Below are positions 39,057 to 49,968 of a DNA stretch of 64,000 nt, piece after piece (positions within the stretch are counted from its first letter, which is position 1; every line of letters starts with the position of its first letter). The position numbers were made by a program, and so were the translations under genes. Source of the DNA: Desulfatiglandales bacterium. GTDB lineage: Bacteria > Desulfobacterota > DSM-4660 > Desulfatiglandales > HGW-15. The notes under the pieces are model-generated. The model saw only the letters and a program-made list of their open reading frames with translations. It had not been told where the DNA came from and did not search any database. The stretch lies in NCBI GenBank assembly GCA_963667015.2, contig CAXXJJ010000001.1, positions 1,248,001 to 1,312,000 of the forward strand, given 5' to 3'.

Positions 39057-39252
39057 GAAATCACTTTATTGTCAGTAAGATTTTATAATTCTTTATAGTG
39101 AGTATTATAAAAAGGTGAAATCTTATGATTAAATGTCATTAAATATGATATATTTGGTAACACTGATTAAATAATAAGAAAAATTGTTACAAAAAAAGGG
39201 GAACTGATTACCGGGCAGATACCCCATTTTATCAATTATAACTGAATTATCT

Positions 39253-39660
39253 TCACCGTCTGTGACATTCCCCGCACATTAAAGGACCTTTTCCTTCCTC
39301 CCTGTGACAGTCCTGGCAGCCGGAATGGAAAGCCTGCAGCAAAGGGATTTTATACTCTTCATTCACCTTTAAGGGATGACATTCGATACATCTTTTATTT
39401 TCCGAAGATTTATCCTTTATCAGTACTCCATTTTCATATACATGATGGCACTTTTCGCATTCAATCTCAAGATCCAGATCATGAAAGTCATGATCAAAGG
39501 AAGAGGGCGGTTGCTGGACGTTCTCAAAATCTGCACTGTTTAAAAAGGTTATTGATTTACAGTCATTCAGGGTACTGTATCCTAATACGGCGGCTATTAT
39601 CAGTGCAAAAAGGATCGAGATTTTTAACTCCACTTTATTCTCCTTTATCCAGACATTCAT
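39253..39660 (-). CDS. tmcA: Tetraheme cytochrome c3 (TmcA-like)
   Basis: N-terminal TM; FDH..H; CEKCHH, CIECH, CQDCH, CGECH. Confidence 0.85.
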   Translation of the reverse strand: MNVWIKENKVELKISILFALIIAAVLGYSTLNDCKSITFLNSADFENVQQPPSSFDHDFHDLDLEIECEKCHHVYENGVLIKDKSSENKRCIECHPLKVNEEYKIPLLQAFHSGCQDCHREEGKGPLMCGECHRR

Positions 39661-40969
39661 ACAGGATATCTATTATAAACTTAACTTCCATCCCAAGCTC
39701 ATAATAATGAACGATATCTTCAAGCCCGCTGTGGCAGTTATGACATGGAGCTATAACTACTGGAACGCCTGTCGCTTCAAGCTGTTCCGCCTTAATCCTG
39801 TTGCCTGTAACCCTTTTCTTTTTATAGGGGGGACCGCAATTTATAACACCTCCTCCTGCGCTGCAGCAGTAATTAAGTTCCCTGTTTGGATGCATCTCAA
39901 CTAAATTTGTGCAAAGCTGGTTTACGACATACCTTGCTTTTTCATGCAGCCCCCTTCCCCTAACTACATTGCATGGATCGTGAAGGGTTACCGGTTTATC
40001 ATATTTTTTAGCCAGTTTTATTTTGCCGGCCTTAAAAAGATCATAGTAGAATTCGATTGCATGAACCATCGGAATGGGGGGCATCCTCCAGCTCAGGGAT
40101 CGGTTACCCATATCATAAACAGAACGAAAGGCATGCCCGCATTCACCCATGACAATTTTTTTGACCTTGAGTCTGGCAGCAGTTTCAAAATGTTTCCGCT
40201 TGAGACGGGCCATAATCTCATTGTCACCGGTAAACATGGCCATGTCGCTGTTATCCCAGCCGGGTGTTGCGGGCATTGTCCAGTCAACACCTGCAACGTT
40301 CATTAGAACCGCGGCCTCATAGATAAGCCCTGCCTGAAATTTTGGCTCGGGAGCAATCACCGAATACATTATGTCTGCGCCTTCCTTTTCAAGGGGGATC
40401 CTGAGGCTGGGTATTTCCTCCCTTGCCTCGTCCTCCTGCCATTGGAGTGTGTCGACCCACTCGTTTTCCTTTACCCACATCTGGTTCATAGTGGCCGAAT
40501 GGCTGTTTACAGTGTCCTGGATATATAATGGCGTCATCTCCAGTTTATGGATTATTCTCCTGACCACCATCATAAGATATGCTATATCGATACCAAAGGG
40601 GCAGTACATGGAACATCTTTTACAGAGGTTGCATTCCGTGTGGGCAATTTCTGCTGCCCTCTTTAAAAACTCTGGTGATACCTTTCCCTTTTTTTTGATC
40701 ATTTCCCACAGTGTCTGTTTTACTTTGCCTACGGGTGACCAGTGAGGATCATTGTCCTTTGAAATGTAAAAATGACATGCATTGGAACAAAGCCCGCAAT
40801 GTACACAGGTATCGATATACATTCTTAACCTTGCGCCGGTTTCTCCCTGAAGAACCTGTTTTATTACCGACTCTATTTTTTCGGGCGTAAGATTCGCGAT
40901 CCCCTGGGCCATACCCTCATCAAGTATCTCCGCATCTTTATTTTCTGCTGACTGTATCGCTTTGCTCAT
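39635..40969 (-). CDS. tmcB: TmcB Fe-S/CCG protein
   Basis: CVHCGLCS.AC, CNLCKRC..YCP, GECGH, HDPCN, CCSAGGG, PCHNC. Confidence 0.9.
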   Translation of the reverse strand: MSKAIQSAENKDAEILDEGMAQGIANLTPEKIESVIKQVLQGETGARLRMYIDTCVHCGLCSNACHFYISKDNDPHWSPVGKVKQTLWEMIKKKGKVSPEFLKRAAEIAHTECNLCKRCSMYCPFGIDIAYLMMVVRRIIHKLEMTPLYIQDTVNSHSATMNQMWVKENEWVDTLQWQEDEAREEIPSLRIPLEKEGADIMYSVIAPEPKFQAGLIYEAAVLMNVAGVDWTMPATPGWDNSDMAMFTGDNEIMARLKRKHFETAARLKVKKIVMGECGHAFRSVYDMGNRSLSWRMPPIPMVHAIEFYYDLFKAGKIKLAKKYDKPVTLHDPCNVVRGRGLHEKARYVVNQLCTNLVEMHPNRELNYCCSAGGGVINCGPPYKKKRVTGNRIKAEQLEATGVPVVIAPCHNCHSGLEDIVHYYELGMEVKFIIDILYECLDKGE

Positions 40970-41035
40970 ATTTTTCTCCTGTTTTCCAGGATCTGTTGTT
41001 TTACCAGTGTAAATTCAAAAAGCCTGCTATCGACC

Positions 41036-41695
41036 TTACCAGTCGCGTGCAAAACGAACTCCTCCGAATTCAGAACCGGTATATGCCCTTGATATTAAGC
41101 CAAATACCATATGTATAAATCGGGTAAAGGGTATTGCCATAAGCATAATCTGACCGGTTATTATATGGATAAGTAGAACATATGAATAACCGGGAAACTG
41201 GTATGCTGACCATAATCCGGTAATAAAGGGGAGTGCAGCTATAAGAAGAAGGATATAATCGGAGAGTGTAGTTACAAATCTTACTTCCGCCCTGACTATC
41301 CTTCTGACCAGAAAAAACACACACCCTGCGATAACAATAATGGACATAATATCAGCAAGGATTTTAGGCAGGGCCCAGTAACTTATATTGAAGGCCTCAT
41401 TTAAAAGTACTATATGTGCCATCAGAAAGATTGGTACAATAAGCAGGCAAATATGAAATGCAAAGCCTACCACTGTTATTGCACGTTGTTCGCGCATATT
41501 GGTAGCTGCAAAGGGTATTACCCAGTGTAAGATGGATCTCAGCCCGTATTTAAGGCTGAAAAAGGAGAACATAAAGGATTCCTTTTTTTGAGCGAGCCTT
41601 AAAAAACGATAGATTTGATAAATAACCCCGACAATAAAAATTACAAAACTGATCCACATCATTGGCCCTTTAAGGAAAAAATAGACATTGTACAT
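41036..41695 (-). CDS. tmcC: TmcC membrane cytochrome b (NarI-like)
   Basis: Five hydrophobic segments, FHIC, H, IPFTRF.HM, SEFGGVR.A.DW. Confidence 0.88.
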   Translation of the reverse strand: MYNVYFFLKGPMMWISFVIFIVGVIYQIYRFLRLAQKKESFMFSFFSLKYGLRSILHWVIPFAATNMREQRAITVVGFAFHICLLIVPIFLMAHIVLLNEAFNISYWALPKILADIMSIIVIAGCVFFLVRRIVRAEVRFVTTLSDYILLLIAALPFITGLWSAYQFPGYSYVLLIHIITGQIMLMAIPFTRFIHMVFGLISRAYTGSEFGGVRFARDW

Positions 41696-41765
41696 TTTAA
41701 ACTCCCTGTAAGATCAAATCCGCTGCTTTTAGTTTAATATTAAATAAACTGATAAGCTTTATTAA

Positions 41766-43010
41766 TTACAGCACGTGGAGTATTCGGTTGTATTCTCCGT
41801 TCGTTATTGCTCTTATCAGTAATTTACGGCCCGTTTCATTAAAAACCGGATTCCATAAATTATCATAGGTCATCGGGAGCAGAGCCCCGTCAAGAATGAT
41901 ATATTTTTTTCCATTTCTTTCAACCTTCGCAGCCAAATGTTTCCCGTCCGGGCTGAACACCGGCTGCCAGGCCATATCAAAATCTGTGCTCCATATTTTA
42001 TCATCAACGATAATTCCCCATTTCCCCTTATCCTTTACTACTGCCGCTATCCTTGTTCCTTCGGGGTTTATAACCATGTCGGTTATCATTTCATCAACAT
42101 GTGTTGTCCATGCCCTGTCGTTAACCGCGATTGTCCATTTCCCAAACTCAGGAGAAACGATTGCTGCGAGGGTTTTTCCGTCCAGGCTGAACACCTGATG
42201 CCATAACTGTTTGAATCTTGATTTCCATATCAAATCACCATTACTGGCAAGACCCCACCCGTCTGATAGCACAGGGGCAACAACTTCTCCGGAAACAGGG
42301 TTAAAACATGGCTCCCATACCATCGGAAAGGTCCTGTCCCATGTCTTTCCATCTACTGCAATTGTGTAGTCGAATCTGTTTAACCTGATATCGGCTGCAA
42401 GCCTGTTTCCATCGGGACTGAAAACATTCTGCCAGACATTTGTAAAAGATTTTTCCCAGGGATTGCCGCCGGGAGCAGGTGCATATATCCCCTTTTTAAA
42501 TTTGTCTATTTCAGCCGCATCCAGTGAATCGGTCTGTACAGTCGCTGAGGTTTGTGAGCCATCGAGGCTCATTGCTATGCAGGTAATGCTTGGGAATGTA
42601 TTCTCCCAGGGGGTATCATCAAGTGCTACGGCATATTCCATATCCTGCTCATATGCGGTACCGATATGTGAGCCATCAGCGCTAAACATCAGATTCCATG
42701 CAAAACCGAACCAGTTTTCCCAGGTTTTCCCTTCCACCGCAACTGTCCATTCCATATCCTGTGATACGAGGGCGGTGAGTCTTCCGTCAGGACTGAAACG
42801 CAGATTGTATATCTTTTCAAATGGGGTTTCCCATGTTTCCCCATTAACACAGACGTTGAAAAGCTCTTCTTCTGTTCTGACGATTGCGGCTATCCTTTCA
42901 CCGTCAGGACTTACATAGGGTTCTTCCACCCATTGATACTGCGCTTCCCATTCCCTGAATGGCAGGTTTTTATTTCTATCTATCCAGTCCCACGCCTTAA
43001 CACCAGTCAT
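41766..43010 (-). CDS. tmcD: TmcD Trp-rich beta-propeller protein
   Basis: Repeated FSPDG..A..V and VDG..W units; in the tmc cluster. Confidence 0.88.
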   Translation of the reverse strand: MTGVKAWDWIDRNKNLPFREWEAQYQWVEEPYVSPDGERIAAIVRTEEELFNVCVNGETWETPFEKIYNLRFSPDGRLTALVSQDMEWTVAVEGKTWENWFGFAWNLMFSADGSHIGTAYEQDMEYAVALDDTPWENTFPSITCIAMSLDGSQTSATVQTDSLDAAEIDKFKKGIYAPAPGGNPWEKSFTNVWQNVFSPDGNRLAADIRLNRFDYTIAVDGKTWDRTFPMVWEPCFNPVSGEVVAPVLSDGWGLASNGDLIWKSRFKQLWHQVFSLDGKTLAAIVSPEFGKWTIAVNDRAWTTHVDEMITDMVINPEGTRIAAVVKDKGKWGIIVDDKIWSTDFDMAWQPVFSPDGKHLAAKVERNGKKYIILDGALLPMTYDNLWNPVFNETGRKLLIRAITNGEYNRILHVL

Positions 43011-43765
43011 AATTATCTCCCCATATTAATAACTATCTCGGCGGAATATTTTTATTCACAGGTGAAAACGATTTCTGTCTCGTATGAGTTGCTGTTTGAA
43101 ATCTGATGTCGGGATATAAGTACTGCCCCTGTTTATCTTTATATTTTGGTCAAAGATTTTGTTTACTGAAAAGATTAATACGGCAGGAGGCCCTGAGCCG
43201 AAAGAAAATAGGGCCTCGGGATCCTCGTTAGAGCACCCCTGTCCGGGTGGCGTTTCAGTATTCTCCACGCCTTCATGGGTGAATATGCCTGCCACATGAA
43301 AGTACTGGTAGGGATAAGCAGGCATCATAAAGATTTTATCCGCATTATGATTTGCGGGTATTTCCCTGTGCACGGGAAAGATAACTGTCACGCCATCACC
43401 TCCGGGTAATTCGTTATAAGTTATCAAGAGAGTGTATATTGTTTATTAAACGCAACCTGCCTGCATTTAATGCAGGATGGTATAAATCCTGTTATTCAGA
43501 AAAAAGCTGCATCTATGTAACACTGCTAAGAAAGGTCCCATATTGGATTTGTCATATTGTCTCTATTTTCAAATCCTCTGCATCATTAATATGGCCCCGG
43601 AAGTTGTTTCAAGTGTCACAATATTATGCCCGAGATTCAACAAAGTCAATAATAAGGAATAATTTAAAATAAATATAGGATGTTATAAATGTTTCACTGC
43701 CTGGATTGAGCGAAACATGATAGGGTTTTTTAATGAAATCATTAAGTATGCAGAGACAGTGAATA

Positions 43766-45664
43766 TCAGGATGCTGCCTCCCTGATGCCTTCCAGTTCCT
43801 CCCACCTGGCATAGGCGGAAAGGAGCTCTGTCTCAAGCTCTTCTATTCTTGATTTATACCCTGTTATTTTTTCACCCGAATTTTTATAGAATTCAGGATC
43901 AGACATCCGCTCATACAGATCTCTCTGCTCCTGCTCCAGGTTTTCTATGAGGGCCGGGAGTTCATCCAGTTCCCGGTTTTCCTTAAAGGTGAGTTTGCGG
44001 GGCTGGTCCTTTTTTTTGTACTCTTTTTTTGGCCTGGATTCCTTTACTGGTTTTGGCCTGGAAACCGGTTCGGGGCGCTGGGCTGTCCAGTCGTCATAAC
44101 CTCCAGGATATTCGGATATATTCCCGTTTTCTTCAAAAACGATAGTACTGGTTACAACATTATTCAAAAAAGCACGATCATGGCTGACAAGAAGTATGGT
44201 TCCGCTGTAATCCAGCAGGCGCTCTTCAAGCAGTTCCAGGGTTTCCATATCAAGGTCATTGGTCGGTTCGTCAAGCACCAGCAGGTTGGAAGAGCGGGTA
44301 AAGAGCCTGGCAAGGAGTAAACGGTTCCTCTCCCCTCCGGACAGTATTCGAACTGGACTCCTTGCCCTGTCAGGGGTAAACAGGAAGTCCTTGAGATAGC
44401 CTATTACATGTTTGGGAACATTGTTGATAATTACCGTATCTTTTCCGTCCGCTACATTATCCTCTACAGTAGCATTTTCATCGAGCTGCTCCCTGAGCTG
44501 GTCAAAATAGATGGTTTCCAGTCTGGTCCCGTGTTTTATTGTGCCCTTGACGGGATCGAGTTCTCCAAGAAGTATTTTAAGGAGGGTTGATTTGCCTATA
44601 CCATTTGGACCGATTATCCCGATCCTGTCACCTCGAATAATTTTAGTGGAAAAATCCTTTATAACAGTCCTGTCTCCATAATCATGGTCTATATGAGAGG
44701 CCTCAATAACAAGTTTGCCGGAGGCGAGGGCGTCCTGAACAGTTATTTTTGATGTGCCGGATTTTATACGCCAACCCCTTTGCTCCTCTCTCATTTTTAT
44801 CAGCTCACGCACCCTTCCTTCGTTTCTGGTCCTTCTGGCCTTTATCCCCTTTCTGATCCATATTTCCTCCTGGGCAAGTTTTCTGCTGAACTGCTGCCTG
44901 TGGATTTCTTCGGCATCAAGTACCTCCTGACGCCTTTTTAAAAAGTCGCTGTATCCGCATGCCCAGTTAAGTATTCTGCCACGGTCAATTTCAATTATGC
45001 GTGTTGCCAGTTTTTGGAGAAACATCCTGTCGTGTGTAACAAGGATGATTGTACCGGGATATTTTTCGAGGAATTCTTCCATCCAGGTGATGGAGGTAAT
45101 ATCAAGATGATTGGTGGGTTCATCCAGGAGCAGGAGGTCAGGCTTTGTTACAAGTGCCCTGGCTAGAAGGGTCCTGCGCTTATAGCCGACAGACAGGGAC
45201 TTAAAAGTTGCATCCGGATCAAGTGAGAGCTTGGTGATGATCTCTTCAACCTGGCGATTGATTTCCCATCCTCCCAGCCTGTCAAGTTTTTCCTGGATCT
45301 CCGATATCTTCCTGAATGCCGAATCGTCCTGATTATTTGAAAGATTTTTTGAAAGGCGGTGGTATTCTTCAAGAAGATCTCCCACCTCTGAAAGTCCGCC
45401 CGCTACAACTTCATGAATTGTGCCGGCAAGATTTCGCGGCAGGTCCTGGGACAGGCCTGCCACCGAACTTCCTTTCTGTATCGATATGGCTCCGCTGTCC
45501 GGCCCGATAATCCCGCCGATCAGTTTAAGCAGTGTGGTCTTTCCCTCACCGTTTCGCCCCAGTATGCATACCCTTTCCCTCTTTTCAACCTGGAGGTTTA
45601 TTTTATCCAGAAGGGGAGGGCCGCCAAAACTGATACTCAGGTCCTGCAAGCTTAAAATAGCCAT
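43766..45664 (-). CDS. uup: ABC-F ATPase Uup
   Basis: Two ABC domains, WIRKGIKARRTRNEGRVR linker, C-terminal coiled coil ending RWEELE. Confidence 0.93.
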   Translation of the reverse strand: MAILSLQDLSISFGGPPLLDKINLQVEKRERVCILGRNGEGKTTLLKLIGGIIGPDSGAISIQKGSSVAGLSQDLPRNLAGTIHEVVAGGLSEVGDLLEEYHRLSKNLSNNQDDSAFRKISEIQEKLDRLGGWEINRQVEEIITKLSLDPDATFKSLSVGYKRRTLLARALVTKPDLLLLDEPTNHLDITSITWMEEFLEKYPGTIILVTHDRMFLQKLATRIIEIDRGRILNWACGYSDFLKRRQEVLDAEEIHRQQFSRKLAQEEIWIRKGIKARRTRNEGRVRELIKMREEQRGWRIKSGTSKITVQDALASGKLVIEASHIDHDYGDRTVIKDFSTKIIRGDRIGIIGPNGIGKSTLLKILLGELDPVKGTIKHGTRLETIYFDQLREQLDENATVEDNVADGKDTVIINNVPKHVIGYLKDFLFTPDRARSPVRILSGGERNRLLLARLFTRSSNLLVLDEPTNDLDMETLELLEERLLDYSGTILLVSHDRAFLNNVVTSTIVFEENGNISEYPGGYDDWTAQRPEPVSRPKPVKESRPKKEYKKKDQPRKLTFKENRELDELPALIENLEQEQRDLYERMSDPEFYKNSGEKITGYKSRIEELETELLSAYARWEELEGIREAAS

Positions 45665-45706
45665 ACTAAGATTTTGCTATATGATCATTTTAGATATCTT
45701 TAAGGC

Positions 45707-46249
45707 CTAGCAGCAGCCGCCCTCTGACCCGCATCCGCTGGAACCGCAGCCTGCATCGTCCGAACTGCAGTCGCAGCCGCATCCGCATCCGGAAGAAATT
45801 CCCGCTGCCTCTTCAGGGGTTAGTTCCCTGACCTCTGCAATATTGACATCAAAGTGCAGGCGCTTACCTGCCAGAGGGTGGTTGAGGTCAATAACCACAG
45901 TATTTTCATCTTTAAGCTCTGATACATTTATAATCATGGGTCCCTGTGGGCCCTGTGACTGGAATGTCATACCGGGCTTTATTTCCATGTCAGCGGGAAA
46001 CTGTTCTCTTTTTACTTCCTGAAAAAGCTGGGGATTGACAGGACCATAGGCATTCTCAGGCTCAACGCTTATTTTAACGCTGTCACCGGTACTCATTCCC
46101 ATTATTTCCTTTTCAAGGCCGGGAATTATCTGGCCCGTACCAGTGATAAAACCAAGGGGTTTCCCTTCGGGTGATTTATCGACCTCTTCTCCTGAGTCCA
46201 GGGTAAGTCTGTAGTCAAATGCCACAAAAACCTTTTCTTTGATATTCAT
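45707..46249 (-). CDS. slyD: FKBP-type PPIase SlyD with Cys-rich tail
   Basis: IIPGLE, PENAYG, DLNHPLAGKRL.F; tail GCGCGC..CC. Confidence 0.92.
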   Translation of the reverse strand: MNIKEKVFVAFDYRLTLDSGEEVDKSPEGKPLGFITGTGQIIPGLEKEIMGMSTGDSVKISVEPENAYGPVNPQLFQEVKREQFPADMEIKPGMTFQSQGPQGPMIINVSELKDENTVVIDLNHPLAGKRLHFDVNIAEVRELTPEEAAGISSGCGCGCDCSSDDAGCGSSGCGSEGGCC

Positions 46250-46492
46250 GATATCTCCTTTGCTTGTTAAAAAAAACCGATGTTCTCCTGATCAGGGGAG
46301 CACCGGTAATGAATATTTCAAATAACATAGTTACAATCCAGGGAAAAGTCAAATTTATGAGGTATTATGTCTAATCTTTCTGTTGATTTAACCTGATATA
46401 TTTAATAGATTTTTTTATATCTAATTAATCTTAAGCGAACATCATAACTACGCTGAATATTATCTTATAATATTAATCTATAAAGGTAAAAT

Positions 46493-47494
46493 ATGAGCAA
46501 AACAGCAAATAAAGAAGAGTATGTTCTCGCCGGAGATATAGGCGGGACAAAGACCAGTCTGGGTATTTTTGTTAAAGGGAAGCGGCGTCCTCTTCTTAAG
46601 AGCCTTAACAGCTATCCCAGCAGGGAATATAAAGGGCTGAAGGATATTATTGCTCAGTTCCTTTCAGCGAATCCTTTCAAAGTTGACAGTGCATGTTTTG
46701 GTATTGCAGGGCCGGTTGAAAAGGGCAGGTGTAAAACAACAAATATCCCATGGGATGTCTTTGAGTCCAGGATAAAAAAAACGTTTAAAATGAAAAAGGT
46801 GCGGCTCATTAATGATTTGAGTGCAATGGCTGCATCTGTTCCATATCTTACCAGGTCGGAGATCTTTACAATTAACCCGGCACTCCCCGAAAAAAATGGT
46901 AATATTTCATTGATAGCACCTGGAACAGGTCTCGGACAGGCTCTGCTGGTACACAGTAAAGGCGGGTATATTTCTGTTCCATCCGAAGGAGGCCATGTTG
47001 ATTTTGCACCCGGAAATGAGCTTGAGGCAGGGCTTTTAAAACACCTATGGAAAGAATATAGACATGTAAGTCTTGAACGTATTATTTCGGGGATTGGAAT
47101 ACTTAATATTTATGATTATCTTAAAACCACCGGAAAATACAAGGAACCCCGGTGGCTTTCAATAAAAATATCCGGTGATGAGCCTGCTAAAATAATCAAC
47201 GAGGCCGCCTGTGAAAGGGGCCAGAAGTTATGCCTCAAAACGATTGATACCTTTCTATCCATTCTTGGGGCCTCTGCAGGGAATCTTGCCCTTACCGGTC
47301 TGACAAAGGGTGGCGTATATATCGGTGGAGGTATACCTCCTAAAATGCTGTGGAGATTAAAGGAAGATATCTTCATGAAGGCATTTACAGCCAAAGGTCG
47401 ATTTTCAGGGCTGATGGAAAAAATGCCTGTGAATATTATTCTTAACAGTAATGCTGCACTGCTGGGCGCTGCAATAGAGGCATTTAATGTCTGA
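46493..47494 (+). CDS. glk: Glucokinase
   Basis: AGDIGGTKT, GIAGPV, LIND, APGTGLG, SEGGH, GGVYIGGGI, KGRF. Confidence 0.93.
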   Translation: MSKTANKEEYVLAGDIGGTKTSLGIFVKGKRRPLLKSLNSYPSREYKGLKDIIAQFLSANPFKVDSACFGIAGPVEKGRCKTTNIPWDVFESRIKKTFKMKKVRLINDLSAMAASVPYLTRSEIFTINPALPEKNGNISLIAPGTGLGQALLVHSKGGYISVPSEGGHVDFAPGNELEAGLLKHLWKEYRHVSLERIISGIGILNIYDYLKTTGKYKEPRWLSIKISGDEPAKIINEAACERGQKLCLKTIDTFLSILGASAGNLALTGLTKGGVYIGGGIPPKMLWRLKEDIFMKAFTAKGRFSGLMEKMPVNIILNSNAALLGAAIEAFNV

Positions 47495-47619
47495 TCCTGT
47501 TAATAGTCATTTTATATTGACACAATATCACTGTTTTCGATAGGTTAAGAGATTATCTCAGTAATAATTGAAACCAATTTTATAGAAGAATAACTGAAGA
47601 CTACCAAGGAGGAGTATCC

Positions 47620-48549
47620 GTGGAAAAGAAAATACTAATTGCTGTTGACGGAAGCATTCATTCAAGAAGGGCCATAGAATACTGTATTGATATGTGTTCG
47701 GTAATAAAGGACATGCAGTATGTTCTCCTTAACATTCATCCGAAGATATCTGATTTTCTCCTTAAAGAGTCTCAAATGGATGCAAATGCCGGTTCTGCCC
47801 TCAAGGCAGTTGCTGATAAAAATAAACAGAATTCTAAAAAAATACTCGATGAATCCATGGAGACCATGGTGAAACTGGGAATTGATGAAAAGCTTATTGA
47901 AAAGGTCTCACAGCCTGTAATCAAAGGTACTGCAAAGGGGATACTCGACTATGCCAGGCAGACGCTTTGCGATGCTATAGTGGTTGGTGACAGGGGTAAA
48001 TCAAAGCTGGCTGAGGCCTTTACAGGAAGCATTGCCAATAATGTACTTGAACATACGGATACAACACCTGTCTGGGCGGTCGGCGGTGATGTGAAAACAC
48101 AGAAGTTAATGCTGGCGGTTGATGGTTCTGAAAGCGCCCTCAAGGCGGTTGATCATGCAGCATTTATGCTTGCAGGCAACACCGAAGTAAAGATAACACT
48201 CATTCATGTAACACCAAAGCTCAGGGATTACTGTGAAATAGAGTTTGATGAAAATGGCGACATGATAGAGGATGTGATCACAAGCGGAGATAAAAAATGT
48301 GTTGACAGTTTCTATACACATGCGCAGAAAAAGTTTATAGATGCCGGACTCAGCGAAAACCAGATAGAAGTAAAGGAAGTTGAGAGCAAGGTGAGCATAG
48401 GTAAAACGATCGTGGAAAGCGCAAAAAAAGAAGGCTGTGGAACGCTTGTTATTGGAAGGAGAGGTGCCAATGACTCTTTCTTCATGGGGAGTGTTTCAAG
48501 GTACGTGCTGACCAATGCCAAAGATTGCGCCGTATGGCTTGTTCCATAG
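47620..48549 (+). CDS. Tandem-domain universal stress protein
   Basis: Two (I/L)AVDGS and V.G.RG..GS motifs. Confidence 0.9.
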   Translation: MEKKILIAVDGSIHSRRAIEYCIDMCSVIKDMQYVLLNIHPKISDFLLKESQMDANAGSALKAVADKNKQNSKKILDESMETMVKLGIDEKLIEKVSQPVIKGTAKGILDYARQTLCDAIVVGDRGKSKLAEAFTGSIANNVLEHTDTTPVWAVGGDVKTQKLMLAVDGSESALKAVDHAAFMLAGNTEVKITLIHVTPKLRDYCEIEFDENGDMIEDVITSGDKKCVDSFYTHAQKKFIDAGLSENQIEVKEVESKVSIGKTIVESAKKEGCGTLVIGRRGANDSFFMGSVSRYVLTNAKDCAVWLVP

Positions 48550-48560
48550 GGGGTTTACTG

Positions 48561-48596
48561 TAAACAGGGTAAAAAATAAACTTTTTACCCTGTTTA
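48561..48596. terminator. Hairpin/terminator after usp
   Basis: TAAACAGGGTAAAAA..TTTTTACCCTGTTTA inverted repeat. Confidence 0.65.
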
Positions 48597-48648
48597 AGTT
48601 AATTCTATCTCCCCAGCCGTTTACAACCCCTGACCCTAAAACACGTTC

Positions 48649-49965
48649 ATGCGAACATCTAAAATAGCCATATTAGATAAGCTGATTGTTTTCAGCCGAT
48701 ACCCTGTTCCGGGGAAAACAAAGACCCGTCTCATTCCTGACCTTGGCCCTGTCGGAGCGGCTGATGTTCATCGCAGGCTTGCTGAAAATATAATAGAAAA
48801 GGTAAGGATCATTTCAAGACAGGAGTTTATCGATCTTGAGGTATGCTTTACCGGTGGGGATATTGGTGAGATGATGACATGGCTGGGCAGCGACCTGGCA
48901 TATGCGGAGCAGGAAGAGGGTGATCTTGGCGCCCGAATGTTTTCAGCCATAAAAAGATCACTGGCTGAAGGCGGAGGAAAGGTTGTTCTCATTGGTACCG
49001 ATATCCCGGGTCAAATCTCCGATCATATTAAAAGGGCATTTAATGTCCTGGATGAAAAGGATATTGTTATCGGTTCTGCTGCGGATGGTGGATACTGGCT
49101 TATAGGAATGAAGAGTCCATGCAATATCTTTGATGGCATTGCGTGGGGAAAGGATACTGTACTCGGGCAGACTCTTGAAATCGCTGAACAGAAAGGCCTT
49201 TCGGTTTCGCTCCTTGCTCCCATAAATGATATCGATACCGTTGATGACCTGGCAGAGCATGACCCGCTGGGTGCCTGGAAGAACCCGTATCTCTCGGTGA
49301 TAATCCCTGTTATGAATGAAGAGGCAAGAATTGAAAAGGTCATTAAAAGGGTATCAAACGTTGACACCGAAATTATAGTTGTTGATGGCGGGAGTAGTGA
49401 TCAGACTGTAAAACTGGCAAAGGAGCTTGGTGTAAGAGTTATTAATAGTCCAAAGGGAAGGAGCCTGCAGATGAATGCGGGTGCGTCCGCTGCCAGCGGG
49501 AATAACCTTTTGTTTCTCCACGCCGATACAATTGTGCCTGAAAATTACGTTGACCTCATTTTTAAAACCCTCATGGACAAGAGGCCTTTAGCTGGGGCCT
49601 TTGGATTTAAAACCGATTTGAATAATACCCTGATGAGATTTATCGAGTATGCAGCAAACCTGCGTTCACATTTTTTTAAACTTCCCTATGGCGATCAGGG
49701 TATTTTTATATCACGGGAAAATTTTGAAAGGGCAGGAGGATATCCGAAGGTGCCGGTTGCCGAGGATATCTTTCTTATCCGCAATATAAAAAAATTCGCA
49801 GGCATAAAAACTCTCCCGGAGTGTGCTGTAACATCTGCCAGGAGGTGGAAAAGGCACGGTTTTATAAAAACAACATTTGTTAATGTTGTTATTTATTTCG
49901 GGTGTTACCTGGGTATAAAACCGGAAAAATTGTATGCCCTATATAAATGGGCATGGTCCGGATAA
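48649..49965 (+). CDS. DUF2064 (TIGR04282-like) plus GT2 (TIGR04283-like) glycosyltransferase fusion
   Basis: PGKTKTRL, GDLGARM, IGTDIP, DGGYWLIG, DIDT..DL; then SVIIP..NE, VDGGSSD, FLHAD, YGDQG, TSARRW. Confidence 0.88.
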   Translation: MRTSKIAILDKLIVFSRYPVPGKTKTRLIPDLGPVGAADVHRRLAENIIEKVRIISRQEFIDLEVCFTGGDIGEMMTWLGSDLAYAEQEEGDLGARMFSAIKRSLAEGGGKVVLIGTDIPGQISDHIKRAFNVLDEKDIVIGSAADGGYWLIGMKSPCNIFDGIAWGKDTVLGQTLEIAEQKGLSVSLLAPINDIDTVDDLAEHDPLGAWKNPYLSVIIPVMNEEARIEKVIKRVSNVDTEIIVVDGGSSDQTVKLAKELGVRVINSPKGRSLQMNAGASAASGNNLLFLHADTIVPENYVDLIFKTLMDKRPLAGAFGFKTDLNNTLMRFIEYAANLRSHFFKLPYGDQGIFISRENFERAGGYPKVPVAEDIFLIRNIKKFAGIKTLPECAVTSARRWKRHGFIKTTFVNVVIYFGCYLGIKPEKLYALYKWAWSG

Positions 49966-49968
49966 CAC

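Noticed and set aside
41766..43010. Internal repeats in tmcD
   Set aside because: Protein-level propeller repeats, not a DNA repeat array.
43056..43427. 123-aa minus-strand ORF upstream of tmcD
   Set aside because: TTG start, no SD or motif recognised; cannot support it as a gene.
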